A stretch of 64,000 nucleotides of DNA, taken from assembly GCA_964252035.1 (NCBI GenBank), contig OZ176210.1; one strand, written 5' to 3'. How positions within the stretch are numbered: position 1 is the stretch's first letter; every line of letters starts with the position of its first letter. Made by a program: the position numbers and the translations under genes. Under the pieces are notes generated by a model. It was not told where the DNA came from. It saw nothing but the letters and a program-made list of their open reading frames with translations, and made no database searches. Positions 49,260 through 62,539 of this stretch are shown here, piece by piece. Source of the DNA: Podarcis erhardii (lineage: Eukaryota).

Positions 49260-51350
49260 TTAAAGATCCTGGGCGCTCCCAGGACGCCGCCTCTCCGCCC
49301 TGGCCTCCCGGTTCGAGGCCGGGGCAGCAGAGTTTTCCATTCCTTGCTGAAACAGGGTCCGCCTTTGCCGGGAGGGGCGATTTCCCCCCTCCCTGCCGAA
49401 AGATCTTTTTTCTCACTCAATCTGTTGAACTCCTGAAGCCAGTTTCGTTTTACCTTCACCGTCTGGTGACACTGTGAAATATTAATAGCAAAAAAGAAAG
49501 AAAGAAAAGAAGCATGTATTACTGACGTTGCTAATCACTTTTGTTATAAGCAAGAGGACGTCGTTTTTACATTCCTTAAATTCCTCATGGCTTTCAATGA
49601 GTCCTGACTCTTTATAATTCCACGCAGACCTAAAAGTCCATCTGTTGTCACCGAGTGTTTCCAGTTACCATGATGCTCAAATAGGGTCTGCCTTCCACCC
49701 CAAACCGCAAATTCTCGGGCTTCTAAGCTCCAAACTCGTGGCCAGTGTGGATAAAAGGAGTGGGGTCCCTATGGGCCTCATCTCACACACCCCAAAGCTC
49801 TACCCGACCCGGACTCCAAGCCTGGGGCGCCCTCTCCACGTTCTCTGCCAGGCCACGAGGCTCAGCTGACTGCCGGGAGTGGCTGCCCTTCGCGCGCCTT
49901 GCGCAGAGGGATCCCCAGCGGACGGCGACCCGGCCTCTTCCAGAGCAGCAGCGCCTGGCTGGTGCTCGAGTAGGCGCGCCGGGGCACCAAGGAGCGTTTG
50001 AACTTTTCCTGGCCTCCCCTCTCAGATGTTACCCGAGCGAAAGAGGGGGTCACATTTCATTTCATCTCATGCATGCATTCAGTGGCTGGGCGATTTCGTT
50101 AGATACCACCACCAGCTCGTTTGAAAGGGAAGCTTTGGGGATTTCAGAACAGACGTGTTGGCTCACGTCTTTGAAAGCGCTGCTGTTAAGATTATCCCAA
50201 AGGGCGCAATTCGGGTTAAGGGGCCCTGTCGGTGCAAAGTGGAGAGAGAGAGACACACACAAGGGCTTTCCCTTCCATCGGAAACCTGCCAGTGCCATCT
50301 CTCTGGGGGCAGATTCAAAGCCAGAGTCAAGTGGCTCCAAGTGCAGAGGTGAAGGTGGCCTATCTCGGCGCGTCCGCTTCCTCGCCTGACCTCTTCTGCT
50401 CTGTGAAGGGGTGACCTTTCAGACTGGCAAGTTGCACACCTACTCTTCTGCGCAGGGAGAATGATCGAGCCATAGCCGGGCAGGCTTGCGGCAGGAATAG
50501 TCTCCTGATCGCTTTCCTGGTGACCATCTCCCCCACCTGATGGTCCCGGTCTCCTGTTTCCCCTTTCTCTGGAACTGCTCCTCTCTCTCTTTCACCCGCC
50601 TGGGCTCACCTTAGCGTCAGCTTCAGGGTGGTAGACGGTCGACCTGGTCTTTTTTCTTATCCATGCTTTTTCTTAGCTGTGATCTTGTGGGCTTTCCCCA
50701 CAGCAACCCTTAGACCTTACCCTGTCTTTTGTGAAAGCCTCTGGGGCTCTGCAAAGTGCCAAATCCCACCAAATGAGTTTTTTTTCCTCCTCTCCAAAGT
50801 GTCACGGTTGAGGTTTCTACTCCTTCCGGTGTGGTCCCACCAGCCCCTTGCTCTGTATCTCGTGCCGTTGCCTGGGTTGTGTTCTCGCTGCTTCTGGACC
50901 CAACTGTAAAGCACACAGGGAGCTGTCAAAAGGGTTGTCTCTTTCTGTTTACACTGAACCAATAAAAAAATGGTTTCTCTTTTAAGATGCGGGTGTGACT
51001 TTCTTGTCTCTGGTCTTGTTAAGCGACTGTGCCAGGCGGAACAACTCAAAGGGATGTTCATTTGCTGCTGGCCGGACAAACCCGTTCGCCAGGAGCAAGG
51101 GGAGCGCAGCAGCGTCCAGGAAGGATCGCTCTGACGTGGTTGCCCCTCAGCAGAGCGAGCCGCGAAAGAAAGATCTTCCTCCACCTGGGCCCTTTGAGAC
51201 TTGGAATTGTTTGCGTGGCCTCTGAACGTGTTTACGAATATCCAAGGCCTTGCAAAAATGCGAGGCGGGGGAAATCGCGTTTACTGTTAAAAGGGCTGGG
51301 GAGGAAAGGCACATAAAGAGCGAAAGGATGAATCGGGCACCACAGTGCAT
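49260..51350. promoter_or_regulatory. Patchy CpG-rich region
   Basis: Several CpG-dense blocks (about 49270-49400, 49800-50500, 51050-51350). Confidence 0.55.
50906..51020 (+). terminator. Candidate main cleavage/polyadenylation signal of FAM172A
   Basis: TGTA at 50906-50909, AATAAA at 50961-50966, downstream GU/U-rich ggtgtgactttcttgtctctggtcttgtt. Confidence 0.5.
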
Positions 51351-52227
51351 GGGAATTCCTGCGAATGGGTGTTGCGGAGGGTATGTTTAGGAACCATTTT
51401 ATCCAAACAAATTATATCCCCAGCTTTTGACAATTAAAAAAAAAAAAATCGCCTGTGATGCAGCTGGGTCCCATTCGCGCTTACCCAAAACGAGGCGCCA
51501 GTGAGTTCCGAGGGGCTGCATCCCCAGTACCTCCGTATATGAGTGCAAAAGCCAAAACAAAAAAAGGAAAAGAAAACCTTCGAAAGTGTTGTGTGGCATC
51601 CAGCAAAGGTCCCGGGGCTTGAGCTTTCCCAGTTTAGCGTTTATTTCATCCGAGCCAGAAATTCTACCATGTATAAAAATCTCCACACCTTTCAGGCGTC
51701 TGCTAAAGTCCCGAGCAGCAACTTATGAAGCATTTTTAGGGTCATACATGGGCTTCTCCCCGGTTTAAATCAAGGGGTCTTTCAAGGGATGCCTGCATGG
51801 GATGAGGCTCGTTCATTTTCCTCTTGGAGCCATCGCTGGTCTTTTCTAGGAAGGCGCTTAAGGCTTGTCAGCCCCAACCAAGGAAGAGTAGCTTTCCTTC
51901 CTTGCACAACTGTCCTCTTATTGCACCTTGCTGGCGTTAGAAAGTGGGAGAAGCTGGGAAAGGGGGCATCCTGGGTACGGAAATCACTAGACCTTTTGCA
52001 TGGATGGCACCAGAGACCCCCAAAGGAGTAGCCCTCCCGCCATCCAGCTAGCCTTCGAGTTTCCTGGGGTCACAGAAGGAGAAGCTCCTTCTGAAGTGCG
52101 GACTCGTGGACCGGGACTTCTAGCAATGGGTCCAGTTCTAAGAAGGGTTACCTGTACTGGAAGGAATTTTTTTATTCTGGAGAACAATAGTACCTAGTTC
52201 ACAGGAGACCTGTTGTATAGAATTTCG

Positions 52228-52325
52228 CTGTAAGCCATCCATCCCATACATGTCAGGAAGTCAGTCTTACTCCCACTGAGTTGGATGAGGCTCTCTCGAA
52301 GGTAAGTGGAGATAGGATTGCAGCC
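52228..52325. repeat. Remnant of the same palindromic repeat family
   Basis: cttactcccactgag...ggtaagtggagataggattgcagcc. Confidence 0.35.
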
Positions 52326-54560
52326 TTCACGTGACCTGCGCAGTTCTTATATCTTTCTTTCGACCACGTGGGATCCTGCTCACTCCCAGCCACCGCCGCT
52401 ATGCAGTCTGCCCTTTCTGGACACGCTGCTCTCTGGTGTGCATTGGAATCTTACCTACTAATGGGTCAAATCGATTAAAAAACCTCCAAATCGACCGACA
52501 GGATCTTTGATAAAGGACAAGCCGGGCAGTTTAACGAGCAGGACCCCCAAGTGGGCGTTTGCTACCCAAGCGCTGGGATGGGACCAACAAGGTGGGAGAG
52601 ATGTGTAGCTCCAGGATCTGATGGGGAAAGGGGGGCGTGTCCCCTTTTTTGGTGGCTTCTGTGTTTCTGGAATGCCTGGTGCAATGGACTCCGCTCTGTG
52701 TCTGCTGGGCTAAGCCTGATCAAAATTTAGCTCCCAAACCGAACCTGACTACTTCTGGCGGGGGGGGGGGGGACTTGCATGCCCTTGATATCTGCCAAGG
52801 TGGCCTGAGCTAAAAGCTTCCCCATCCAAATCAGTGCACATTCTGACCCAGAAATGCGAGGAATCCTGTCCCTCCTTTCTGCTGCTGCTGCTGCTGCTGG
52901 CTAAAGATTTTCCCTCCACTGCAAAGGAGGTCTCTTAACTGGGCCCTGGAGAATGGACGGATCCCACTGCACCCGAATGACCCTTGGCATCCCCTCCTCT
53001 CCCAGGCCTTCATTACTCTAGGAAAAGTAAGAGAGTCAGCTATAGACTGTAGCAGCATTAAACTGTGATCATGCGTTTGTGACTGGCGGTGTACCTCCTA
53101 GTCGAGAGACAGTGATGCAAAATATCTGAAACAAACACACACACACACACACACACCCTTGAAACATTTTAGCTTTTAGCTCGACACCTGAGCTGTGTAG
53201 CAGTAGCAGTAGCAACGATCTCCTTTAAAACACACTTGGGAGGAATTAATGACCGAATTGTTGGTTTAATTGATTCCTCCTTGGATTGGTGGCTCCAAGT
53301 TTCACACCGCTGGTCTGTTCACAAGCTGATGTCTTCAGCAGTTACCATAAATCTGGGCTAAGCCCGCTCGGCTGAAACAGCGCTCCGGCAGTCCGGGGAG
53401 GGGTGGGGGCGAAGGCAGAGGATTGTTCCTGGTAAAAAATGAACCAGGGGCCAAGGCTGTCAGGGTAGAACTGGGCTCCTGAAAGTGGATCCATCTTTCA
53501 CTTGGAACAGTGAAGTAGCTGGAGCCCAGGAAACATCAACACACACCCCGCTATAAGTTTTAGAACAAGTTTAGTGCCAAAGATCTGTAACGCCTTAAAG
53601 GAGAGAGAGAGTGAGAATCGATACAACTGAACTAGTTCGTAGTTACGCCGAACTCTGGATGGAGCGAATGAAGAGGGGCAACGCGAAAGGAAAGTGGAAC
53701 AAGCTCTTACTTTCCATTCTACTTTGACTAGGCAAAGCACCTGTAAGAATGTCCCAGATTTGCACCAAAGCAGCTGAACGGACAGTTATGAACACATTCT
53801 GACTATGGGGCTCTAGTTTTGCCAGCTAAGAAGATCTGTTTAACATCAAAGGTTGCACCGGGTTTCAACTCCTGGTTGGGTGGGCCTGTATCCATATCTC
53901 CATAACTCTATATCTATCTGTAGTATATGATCCCAGGATTTATTTCTTCAGGACCCCCGTCTCCTTTTAACCGAACGTATTATTTGTTAACCGCCCAATA
54001 ACCCCGTGAAGTTTGTTCCTGAGAAAATGTTCCCATTTTACAGATGAACAAATAAGGTCGACAGGCCCCTGGCTAGTATCTGTCCTTTTAAAGTAAAACT
54101 CTGTTTGGGTTCATGACAAAGAGAGTTTCTGTGCATGCCGCAAGGTCCTTTTATGCAGCTTAGTGCCTTCATTCTAATACATAAGTTGACGTGGATTCCT
54201 AATCAACTAAAGTGGGACGTTTAAATATTTCTTTTCTCAGAGGAAGCGCACTTATTCTCCCCCCTTCTCTCTCCCCCCCCCTCAGGAACCAATTCTCAAG
54301 TACAATTGAAAGCTGTCATATAAGACGACGGCAGTCTGTGTGCCTGCGCTCGAATTTCTATTCCAGTTGAAGTTAAAGTAACCTGTTAAAGGATGCGGAG
54401 TGTATTTCTGTGTATATCTGATAGACAGATCACGCTAATTGTTGACTTAAGTCCCCCAAAGTGTGAAAAAAGAACTTCCCCAAACTTTGCAAACGCTGTC
54501 ATTGCTCCTAATCCCCCACATTTTCCACTTTTCTTTCCAGTTTCGGATTGCGTGTGTTTG

Positions 54561-54766
54561 NNNNNNNNNNNNNNNNNNNNNNNNNNNNNNNNNNNNNNNN
54601 NNNNNNNNNNNNNNNNNNNNNNNNNNNNNNNNNNNNNNNNNNNNNNNNNNNNNNNNNNNNNNNNNNNNNNNNNNNNNNNNNNNNNNNNNNNNNNNNNNNN
54701 NNNNNNNNNNNNNNNNNNNNNNNNNNNNNNNNNNNNNNNNNNNNNNNNNNNNNNNNNNNNNNNNNN
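54561..54766. other. Assembly gap
   Basis: N run. Confidence 1.
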
Positions 54767-55559
54767 TCAATAGATGCAAAATATTTCCAAGCTCTTTGTA
54801 ACTGAATTCTGTTTGAAGGGGGAAACCAGAGATTAACACGTAGATCTGGGGAGAGCGAGGCGGGGGCAGAGACCCTCGAGCGTCACTTCAAAGTAGATTT
54901 CCAAAAAGAAGCGCCTCTGCGTGTTGACAGTTGCCTGCTCCAAATACTGTAACGGGCCAGTCCTATACCTGTATGTGGAGCGTTCAGCGGGTAAAGTGGG
55001 TCCGGGATTGCAGCCTAAATCACATTCGCAACAAGAAAGGGCCCGCAGACCCACTCGGATCCCCAAACAGGATTGTTCGTGTTGTTTGCTTCCCATATAC
55101 AACTCATGGGTTTAAAGCTGGGATCCCGCTTTCCTTCCATTTATCAGTGATGGGATGGGAGGGTATAAGCCATCTAATCTATCGATCTATCATATTTAAA
55201 ATTAAATATACGTAAAGACGACCTTAATCACCCCCAGCCTCGCAACGGGATTTGTTCTGATCCTTGAATGCACCCAAATCCGTGGGAGGCCCCATCATTT
55301 TGGAATGTGATCAACGTGCATGGTTGGAGCGAAGAATGGATTTAGGAGTGATCACAAGCCAGAAGGACAGGCGAGAGAAAAAACACCCACTTGACTCAGG
55401 AGGCTGCAGAACAGGCGGGAAATTCCTGTGGGGTAAAATGGGGAAAGTGTGTCGCGGGAGTGGGAGTTGAGCTCGGAGCAGGAAATCCATCCTGGGGGTC
55501 TGCTGGGGAAACTGAATTCGGAGTCCTTCTTCTGCAAGTGACTTAAAACTAAAATGAGG

Positions 55560-56350
55560 CGAAGGGATGAGAAAGTAGGACATTTCCCCTGATCTTTACT
55601 AAGCATTCGCTTCCTGCCAGCTTCGGCTGAGGACGATTAAGCCCGAGCCTCGAGCAAGAGCGCAGGCTGGACATTTGGAGCCGACAGGAGTTCCTCCTGT
55701 CCCGCCGCCAAGGCAGCCTCTGGGCCCAGAAAGGAGCCGCGGTGGTTTGGCCGGAGTCGCCACGAGAGCTGGCCGCGCCCTGGATGAAAAGGCCGGTGAT
55801 CGCCTTCTTCCCCTTCAGAGCATCAAATGAGAATAATCTGGGGGAAGAAGGAGAGAAAAGCCCTCGCCTCTTCACCTCCCCGGCGAATGCGGGCTCTCTC
55901 AGCTGGAGGAGTAACATCTGACATTCCTCCTCACAAGAGGGAAACTTCAAAAGAAGCGCAGGGAACTGGAGAGGGAGAAGCCAACAGGCGAATATTCGCA
56001 GCACGAAAGGGGACCGCTCTGGAGAGCTCAGGCCAGCCTGCCTCAGGTTCCCTCTGCCTCTGGCCCGGCTTCCTGAGGGAAAGGGAGCAGGTCGCTCGCC
56101 CCGACGACCGAGGTTTTGCTAGCCTCTCCATGAGAGGGTCCCCTCCTCCCAGGCTCTCCCTGCAGCCCCGACATGCCTGGGTCTCTGTTGAGGTCAGGTG
56201 ACGAGAACAACTGGCTAGCAGGTCCCGGCTTGCCACTCCAGGCTGGACTCGCGAGGCTTGAAAGGAAAGGCCCTGCTTGGCTGGCGGGGGGGGGGGATTT
56301 TCACTCTTCCTTCCGCATAATCCCTTCTGCCCCCTCCCAAAAAGCCCATC
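55560..56350. promoter_or_regulatory. CpG island (orphan, intergenic)
   Basis: High GC with many CpG; no convincing ORF. Confidence 0.65.
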
Positions 56351-57299
56351 TCGCGCCCCTAGTCTAACTTTTGCTTTCGAATTCCCCCTGTGGGGGAACA
56401 GTAGAGCAGAGCTTCGACCCACCCAGTGCAATGTCTACTGCCCCTTCGGATCACTTCGATTGAACAAAGAGTAAAATATGAGAGATGTTTCTTTGCTTCT
56501 GCGTTTAATGAATTCCTTGAACGGGTTCCCTAGACCCTGAAGGAGCGCACACCAGTCTTAATTTCGCCCCAGTTCCACCTGCGATTTACTCCTACTTAAG
56601 ACAAGTTAAGAAGCATCTTGCGGGTAACATCGTATCTAATACCTTCACGTGCAAGTGTTTGGAGGCTGGGTGCGCGCGGGGACCTCCTCTTTCTCCTCGA
56701 ACTTTTTTGTTCTTTAAAAAAGTTTGGGCTTGTCCCTCAGTTATTAACCAGTTGGTTAATTCACTTTCCGTTTCCTAAATATAGGTGCAGGGCTTTATCT
56801 TAAAAAGTTTACTTTTGCATCCTAATTAATTCTTCTAACTAGGGGAACCTTGAGAGCCTGTTAATTAGTAACGTCGATTTAACTCCTGTGCGACTTTCCT
56901 GATCTTTGGCACAAATCAGAGTAGCTTTTCTGCTAACAGAGAGATAGACTAGAAAAGAGAGGCTAAAGAAAGACGTAATAGCTGCTTCATGGATCGCTGA
57001 CCATGTGTTCATTCGGGCATCTCTATCTGCACATCTTAAAGCCACTTTATAGGACACCTAAGAAATCTGGAACCCTGGAACCCTGGGTTTAGCCCTGCTG
57101 AATCTCTCATTTCACCCTTGCTTTTCCTTAAAACTCAGTGTGTTAAAGAATCAGGATCAGGTTTCCATGTTAATCTGCTACTTGGAAGCAAGTTGGAAGA
57201 TAACGACTCAGTCCTCCAGCTTCCAAAGTGGGTGGGAAGTTATGATGCGGGTGGTTTCTGAACCTCCCAAGTTGGGCTGTTAAGATTTAAAAAATAGAG

Positions 57300-58250
57300 A
57301 AACCATGTCAGCCGCGGGAAGGTGTCCAAACTTTTACCAGGCTGGGGTGGGGATGCGAATTGGGAACCCCTTGATAGAGCAACTGAGGCTGTGACAGTCT
57401 CTCTGCCAGGAAACCCGAAAAAGCGGAGCGGAGCGGGGTTTGCGCCATCCACTCTCTGTAGCACCATGGACAGCTCCTAGTTCTGAGCTGCCCTCGCCCT
57501 AAACAAGCCGCTCCTTGCCTCGTTCAGCCCAAGCCTGGAGCAGGCTGCGGAAGACCTCGCTCTCAGGAACGACGTTTTTGTATCCTGAATCCCGCCTGCT
57601 CCGCGCTTCCTCTCATCTCCCTTGAAGCGGGGAGAGTTAACCATGCATTTATGCCCCCTTCTCAGGACTTTCCACCTCATGTGCTCCTCTGGTCCGATTC
57701 CACTGCCCTGGTCTGATGCCACTGCCCGCAGGCCCCCGATTTCGTTTTCATCCTCTGTCCTCTCCCTAAGTCCCTTCCGCCAAGATTCCCGCGTTGCCCA
57801 TCCTTGGTTTCCAGCTTTGCCCAAAACCAGACCTCCTCCTCTCTCTTTCTCATTACGGGGATGCGTGCATGCCATTTCCCCCTTCCCAGGCGATCTTCAT
57901 CTTTCCCTTGGCTATAGAGGCGATACTGGTGGGGGCGGGGATCTGAGGTCCTCGTGGTTGGTTGCAAAGCAGATCCGCTTCCCTTCTTTGATGCGCGCCT
58001 ACTCGATGCAACCCCACTGACTGCCAGGCAGCTGGTTAATTGCAGCCTCGGGAGAGGCACCCCAGAGCCAGAGCCCTAAGAGCCTGGCAGCCCTCCCTTT
58101 CTCCCTCTCCACCCTCCCCGCTTTGCTAAAGGGTCGGCTAGTCTGCGCGTCTCAGCCCCGTAACTTTACCTCCCTTCAACTTCCCCCTTCCAGACCCGCC
58201 ACCTGCTGTGATCGTCGGGACTTTAAGCCCTCTCTCAGTCTCCGCATCCT
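57300..58250. promoter_or_regulatory. CpG-rich block
   Basis: Elevated GC and CpG relative to flanks. Confidence 0.5.
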
Positions 58251-58271
58251 TTAATTCAAGTTATGCACAAG

Positions 58272-58300
58272 GAGAGAGAGAGAGAGAGAAAGAGAGAGAA
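58272..58300. repeat. (GA)n microsatellite
   Basis: Direct inspection; a similar tract lies at about 62595-62628. Confidence 0.9.
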
Positions 58301-60574
58301 ATAATGTCTCTTTTTTCTTCCTCTTTGATCACGTCCCTGTCATTTTAGCAAACAACTTGCAGCCGTGCAAGCTTGTAAAGTCAAGCTATTTACGTGTTCG
58401 CTATTTAAATGCAACAAGATGCTCTCTACTCATTCAAATGTTCTCGCTCTGCCTTCTTTTGCTGAGAGATCCGTTCCCTTCCCATTTGCTTCCCCGATCC
58501 GTCCAAAATTAAAAAAAATGGGTAAAGGGGGGGATGAGCAAGTTGGATAGCTAAGGATTTCCTGGCTTTCCCTTAATATAAATGCCCCCAGCCCCAGCTG
58601 AGCAAGGACAGCGAGGAGTTACAGACCTCCTTGCTTTTGAGTTATTGGGGAGGAACTTACTGGAATGGCTTTGGGGCATTAGGAAAGCAAAGTTATAGCC
58701 CAGTGCTCTTACTAATATCAAATACTATTACGGATCATGAGCCAGATTCATGGAAACGGATATTTAGATATCCACAATAGGGTTATTTTAGGGTTATTTT
58801 CCTCTCCTCAAATGAAAGAACCCGCTGCCTTCTCTCTGCTAGCTTGTGGAGAACAGAGTTTGCTTATTAAAAGGGTTCGCTCCAACGTCCGAGTCGAATT
58901 ATTCTGTTTTCAGCATCAACTTTGCCGGCAAGTTCACGAGGGAAACCTCGAACCCCCGTTTCGTCATCACGACCCCTTATCCGTGTTACGATGGATTAAA
59001 TGAAATCCCTTCTTCTCGACCCACCTGTAGTCGGTTCGCCTCACACACACGCGCACCACCGTTTTCACTGTTCTCTATAGGGCAGCTTCGTAGGGGGAAT
59101 TCTTAGTTTTCTCTGCTTGATCTTCATTTGCACCCACAAAAAGTCCAAGGAAAGGGTCCACTCGCTCCCCCCAACTAGCCAACCGGCCTTGGGTAGGCGG
59201 AGGGGGCCGCTTTCGTTTTTTGTAGGAGGGACCCCAGAGGCAGAACGGTTAGGAATTAAACTTTCAGAGGAATAACCTGTTGCACGCTTCTGATTTGGGA
59301 AAAGTGAAGATCACCGTGGTATTTTATTTTTATTTTTTAAATTCGTGGTATCTTCTACCTAACCAGGATATTTTATAGCGTGGATACTGATAGCTTTCTG
59401 ATCAGTAATCGAATTGATTCCAGACCATAATTCAGACATTGTTGTAGTGAGCAGTGTTACTATAAACCAGTTTTGTATTATTGTTATTCTTATTATTATT
59501 GACAACTAATTGGCCGAGTGAAAGTTAGATGTCTGCATATTTAAGAGGGGGAAGGATTTGTGTTTCGAGGTAGCTCACCTTCGGTATTAAATATTTGCTC
59601 CTTTCTTTGATCTATATTAGGATATTAGGTTTCTCCGGAGCGTGAGCCTCACTGACTAACAAAAAAATCCTTTTGTCAATCCTGCATTAAACCTTCTCAT
59701 CTCAGTTCTTACGAAATCCTCTTTCTTCGGGTAATTTTGCTTTGTGTCTCCCCCACCTCCATTATTCTGAACATGCATATCCTGAACAATTTAGCGAGTG
59801 CATGTCCGTGTTAGTAATCTTAAAAATAACTTTTAATGGGAGGCATATAGAAAATAATGGAATCTTAGAAAGGGGAAACAGAAAAGGGACTAGAGATTGG
59901 GTGTCCAACATGAAAGCATTTTCAATTATTTGCTCCTCAATTATTTTCCCCAGCTATGGTTTACCTTGTGATTATTTTCTTTTTTTCTTATTCGTGACAT
60001 GCGTTGAAAAATATTACTCTCCCCCCCCCCTTTTCTTACCTCCTGTAACCCTTCAAAGTCGTTTGAAATTACTTTTCTTGTCTTTTGGCCATTTGTCAAC
60101 GTCAAAACTACCTGGGCTATCTAGTGAAATGAAAGTGTTTCGTGTATATCTTAGATATATGAAAGGATTCCTCAATAGAGTTTTCTGGAAATCAATAGAC
60201 ACCCATTAATGTCCTAAGTGCCTACTGGGTATTTTTTTGGGGGGGAAATAGTCAGCTCCTTGGCTATAATATCCTGGGATAAAGTTGCAGGATCCTCATT
60301 ACAATCCACTGGGATAGTGGAGTTTGACAAAGAACATTTTCAAGAGTAATTACATTTAGGGAAGTTTTGAAAACATGGGGCGGGCACCAGATGCTGCTTC
60401 TGAGGTCTGTCTTGCTTCAGGAACGTATTTCTGTCGCCTCTCTCCCACTGAATGATTGTGGATATATGTGTCATTTTCCTGTTTATCTATCTGTGCTCAA
60501 GCCTAAGTAAAAAAAAAATTTTTTTTTTACTTTTAACGTGCCACAGTATGTGCGTGTAAGATTGTGTGTGTATG

Positions 60575-60576
<2 letters not shown>

Positions 60577-60610
<34 letters not shown>
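60577..60610. repeat. (CA)n microsatellite
   Basis: Direct inspection. Confidence 0.95.
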
Positions 60611-60611
<1 letters not shown>

Positions 60612-62539
60612 GTGCATATATCACGCATTTATTCGCTAGCATCCTTGTAATAATGGGTTCGACTTTCAGCCCCTGCAAGACAAACTTTATTCTGCTCCAT
60701 GGAAATGAACCTTAGATGTGCAGATGAGCTCTATATACTTATTGAGTAGAAGCTACACTCCGGCCCACCTTATTAACGATTATAATTGTGGCTCCCTGCT
60801 CATCGGGACCGGCTCTCTGAAAGGGGTTTCTTTCTGCTACTCTCTGCTTCCCTTCATACCCGCACGATGCTTAAGCTGACGACCCCAGAGCGTTCAGAGG
60901 AGGAGGCACATATCCTAAGACTAAGCAAGGCAACCCAGCTTCTTTCTCCATGGGCAGTTCTGCCTGGCCCACAAAAGACGGGAAGGAGCCTTGCCTGCTT
61001 TAAAGCACTGCTCTTTAAAGATCAACCGCTGAAAGAGATACCTGTGCGCTTTGAATTGCTTTAGAGGAGGGAGGGAGAGAATCAGAGCGTGGTTCTGCAG
61101 GCGCTGCACCTAAAACCGGAATGTCCCAGAAAGGTAGAGGGATTCGTTCATGTTGGTGCAAGTGAAGCCGTAACAAGAGCCAAACTCTGCAGCATTTAAG
61201 ATTTCATTATCAGCTTTCTACCTTGGAAAACGAGACCCGTTTGCTTAACTTAATCCGGAACATATGTTTGCAACTGTAGCGCCGTGTGTGTGTGTGTGTC
61301 TGTGTGTTTCTCTGTGTGTGTGGTTTGAAGTTGATCAAGTTGTAAATTTTCCGCCTTAGGTTTTCAGCGCCTCCTAGTTACAGCCTAACACTTTGAGATT
61401 TTACAAAGGCTCTAACTAAAGGGGAGAAAATGAAATAACAACCATGTAATTTATCGAATGTTGCGAGTCGCACCAAACCAGCCTATTTTTCTTCCCCTGT
61501 GGTAGTGATTGTTGTTAAAGACCTGCATTTCTGAGAAACTGAGCCAGAAAAGAGAATGCAACAAAATGACTTCTGAAAAAGGAACGTCTTTAATATGCAT
61601 TGCTGTTTTAACACTTGAGAATACGCTCTTCCTGTTTCTATAAACGTAACGATGATCACAATAATAGTATTTGAAATCTGGAATTAATAATAAATTAAAA
61701 GTACTTTATACTCTAATACATGTACCTGTCAATACAAAACTTTCAGATTACTTTTTCTAAGGAGAGGAGTTTCCATATAATGAATCCCTAATCATATAAT
61801 CAATAGAAACAACCGAGGCTTTTAAATTTCTAAACAGTTTTCTTACTTTAATGAAATGAATAAATTTAGAACACGGAAGGTAATTTTGCAGAATAAATTT
61901 AGACTGTAGGAGATACAGAAACAGACCCCCAGGCTTTACAAACCTAAAAAAAAAAAAAAAAAGATGAAAAGAGAACGTACATTTGATTTTGTGGCATTTT
62001 CACTTTAAATCGCTCATAATTGTTTTGATCTATTCATGAAAGAGTGACAAGGAGGCTAACTTAATACGACCAGTTTCTATTTCTGGTGAAGCTAGATCTC
62101 ATGTGCGTATTTACATTGCCTGCAACTAATGAAAACATGTATCAAATCTCCGGGTTGTGTGTTGCTTTTTTTTTATTAGGTTTCCCCAAATACAAATTAG
62201 CTACATTTTGGTCCAGCCACCAAAAAGGAGGGAAATCATTAAGTAGATTACAACATGATTACAACATGAATTGGCAGAGAGTAAAGACGCCATAGTTCAG
62301 ATTTTGCTTGCAGGCTTCCTTTTATTTCAATCGGGATATTTATATGATGATTCTGTATGATTCTTAACATTATTTAATAGCACTTTTTCTTTTTTGCTGG
62401 AACTAAAGTGCGTTCCTCGCAGAACGAAGCGGGGGTAGGTAATCTGATTTATCTGGGGGAGGATATACGAAAAGGGGCCGTTTTAGCTCTGAATCGGAAT
62501 GTATTGAGAGACACAGCGCCATCTAGCAAACAAACGGAG

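Larger units (their letters stand above)
48196..50990 (+). other. FAM172A: Putative FAM172A 3' UTR (about 2.8 kb to the distal poly(A) signal)
   Basis: Follows the stop codon; the end is inferred from AATAAA at 50961 with a downstream GU-rich element. Confidence 0.5.

Noticed and set aside
49645-58060. ORFs of 120-214 aa in the CpG-rich intergenic blocks
   Set aside because: No homeodomain, zinc finger, nuclear receptor or other motif; consistent with GC-driven chance ORFs.
59742-60209. 155-aa ORF
   Set aside because: Hydrophobic low-information composition, no homology recognised.
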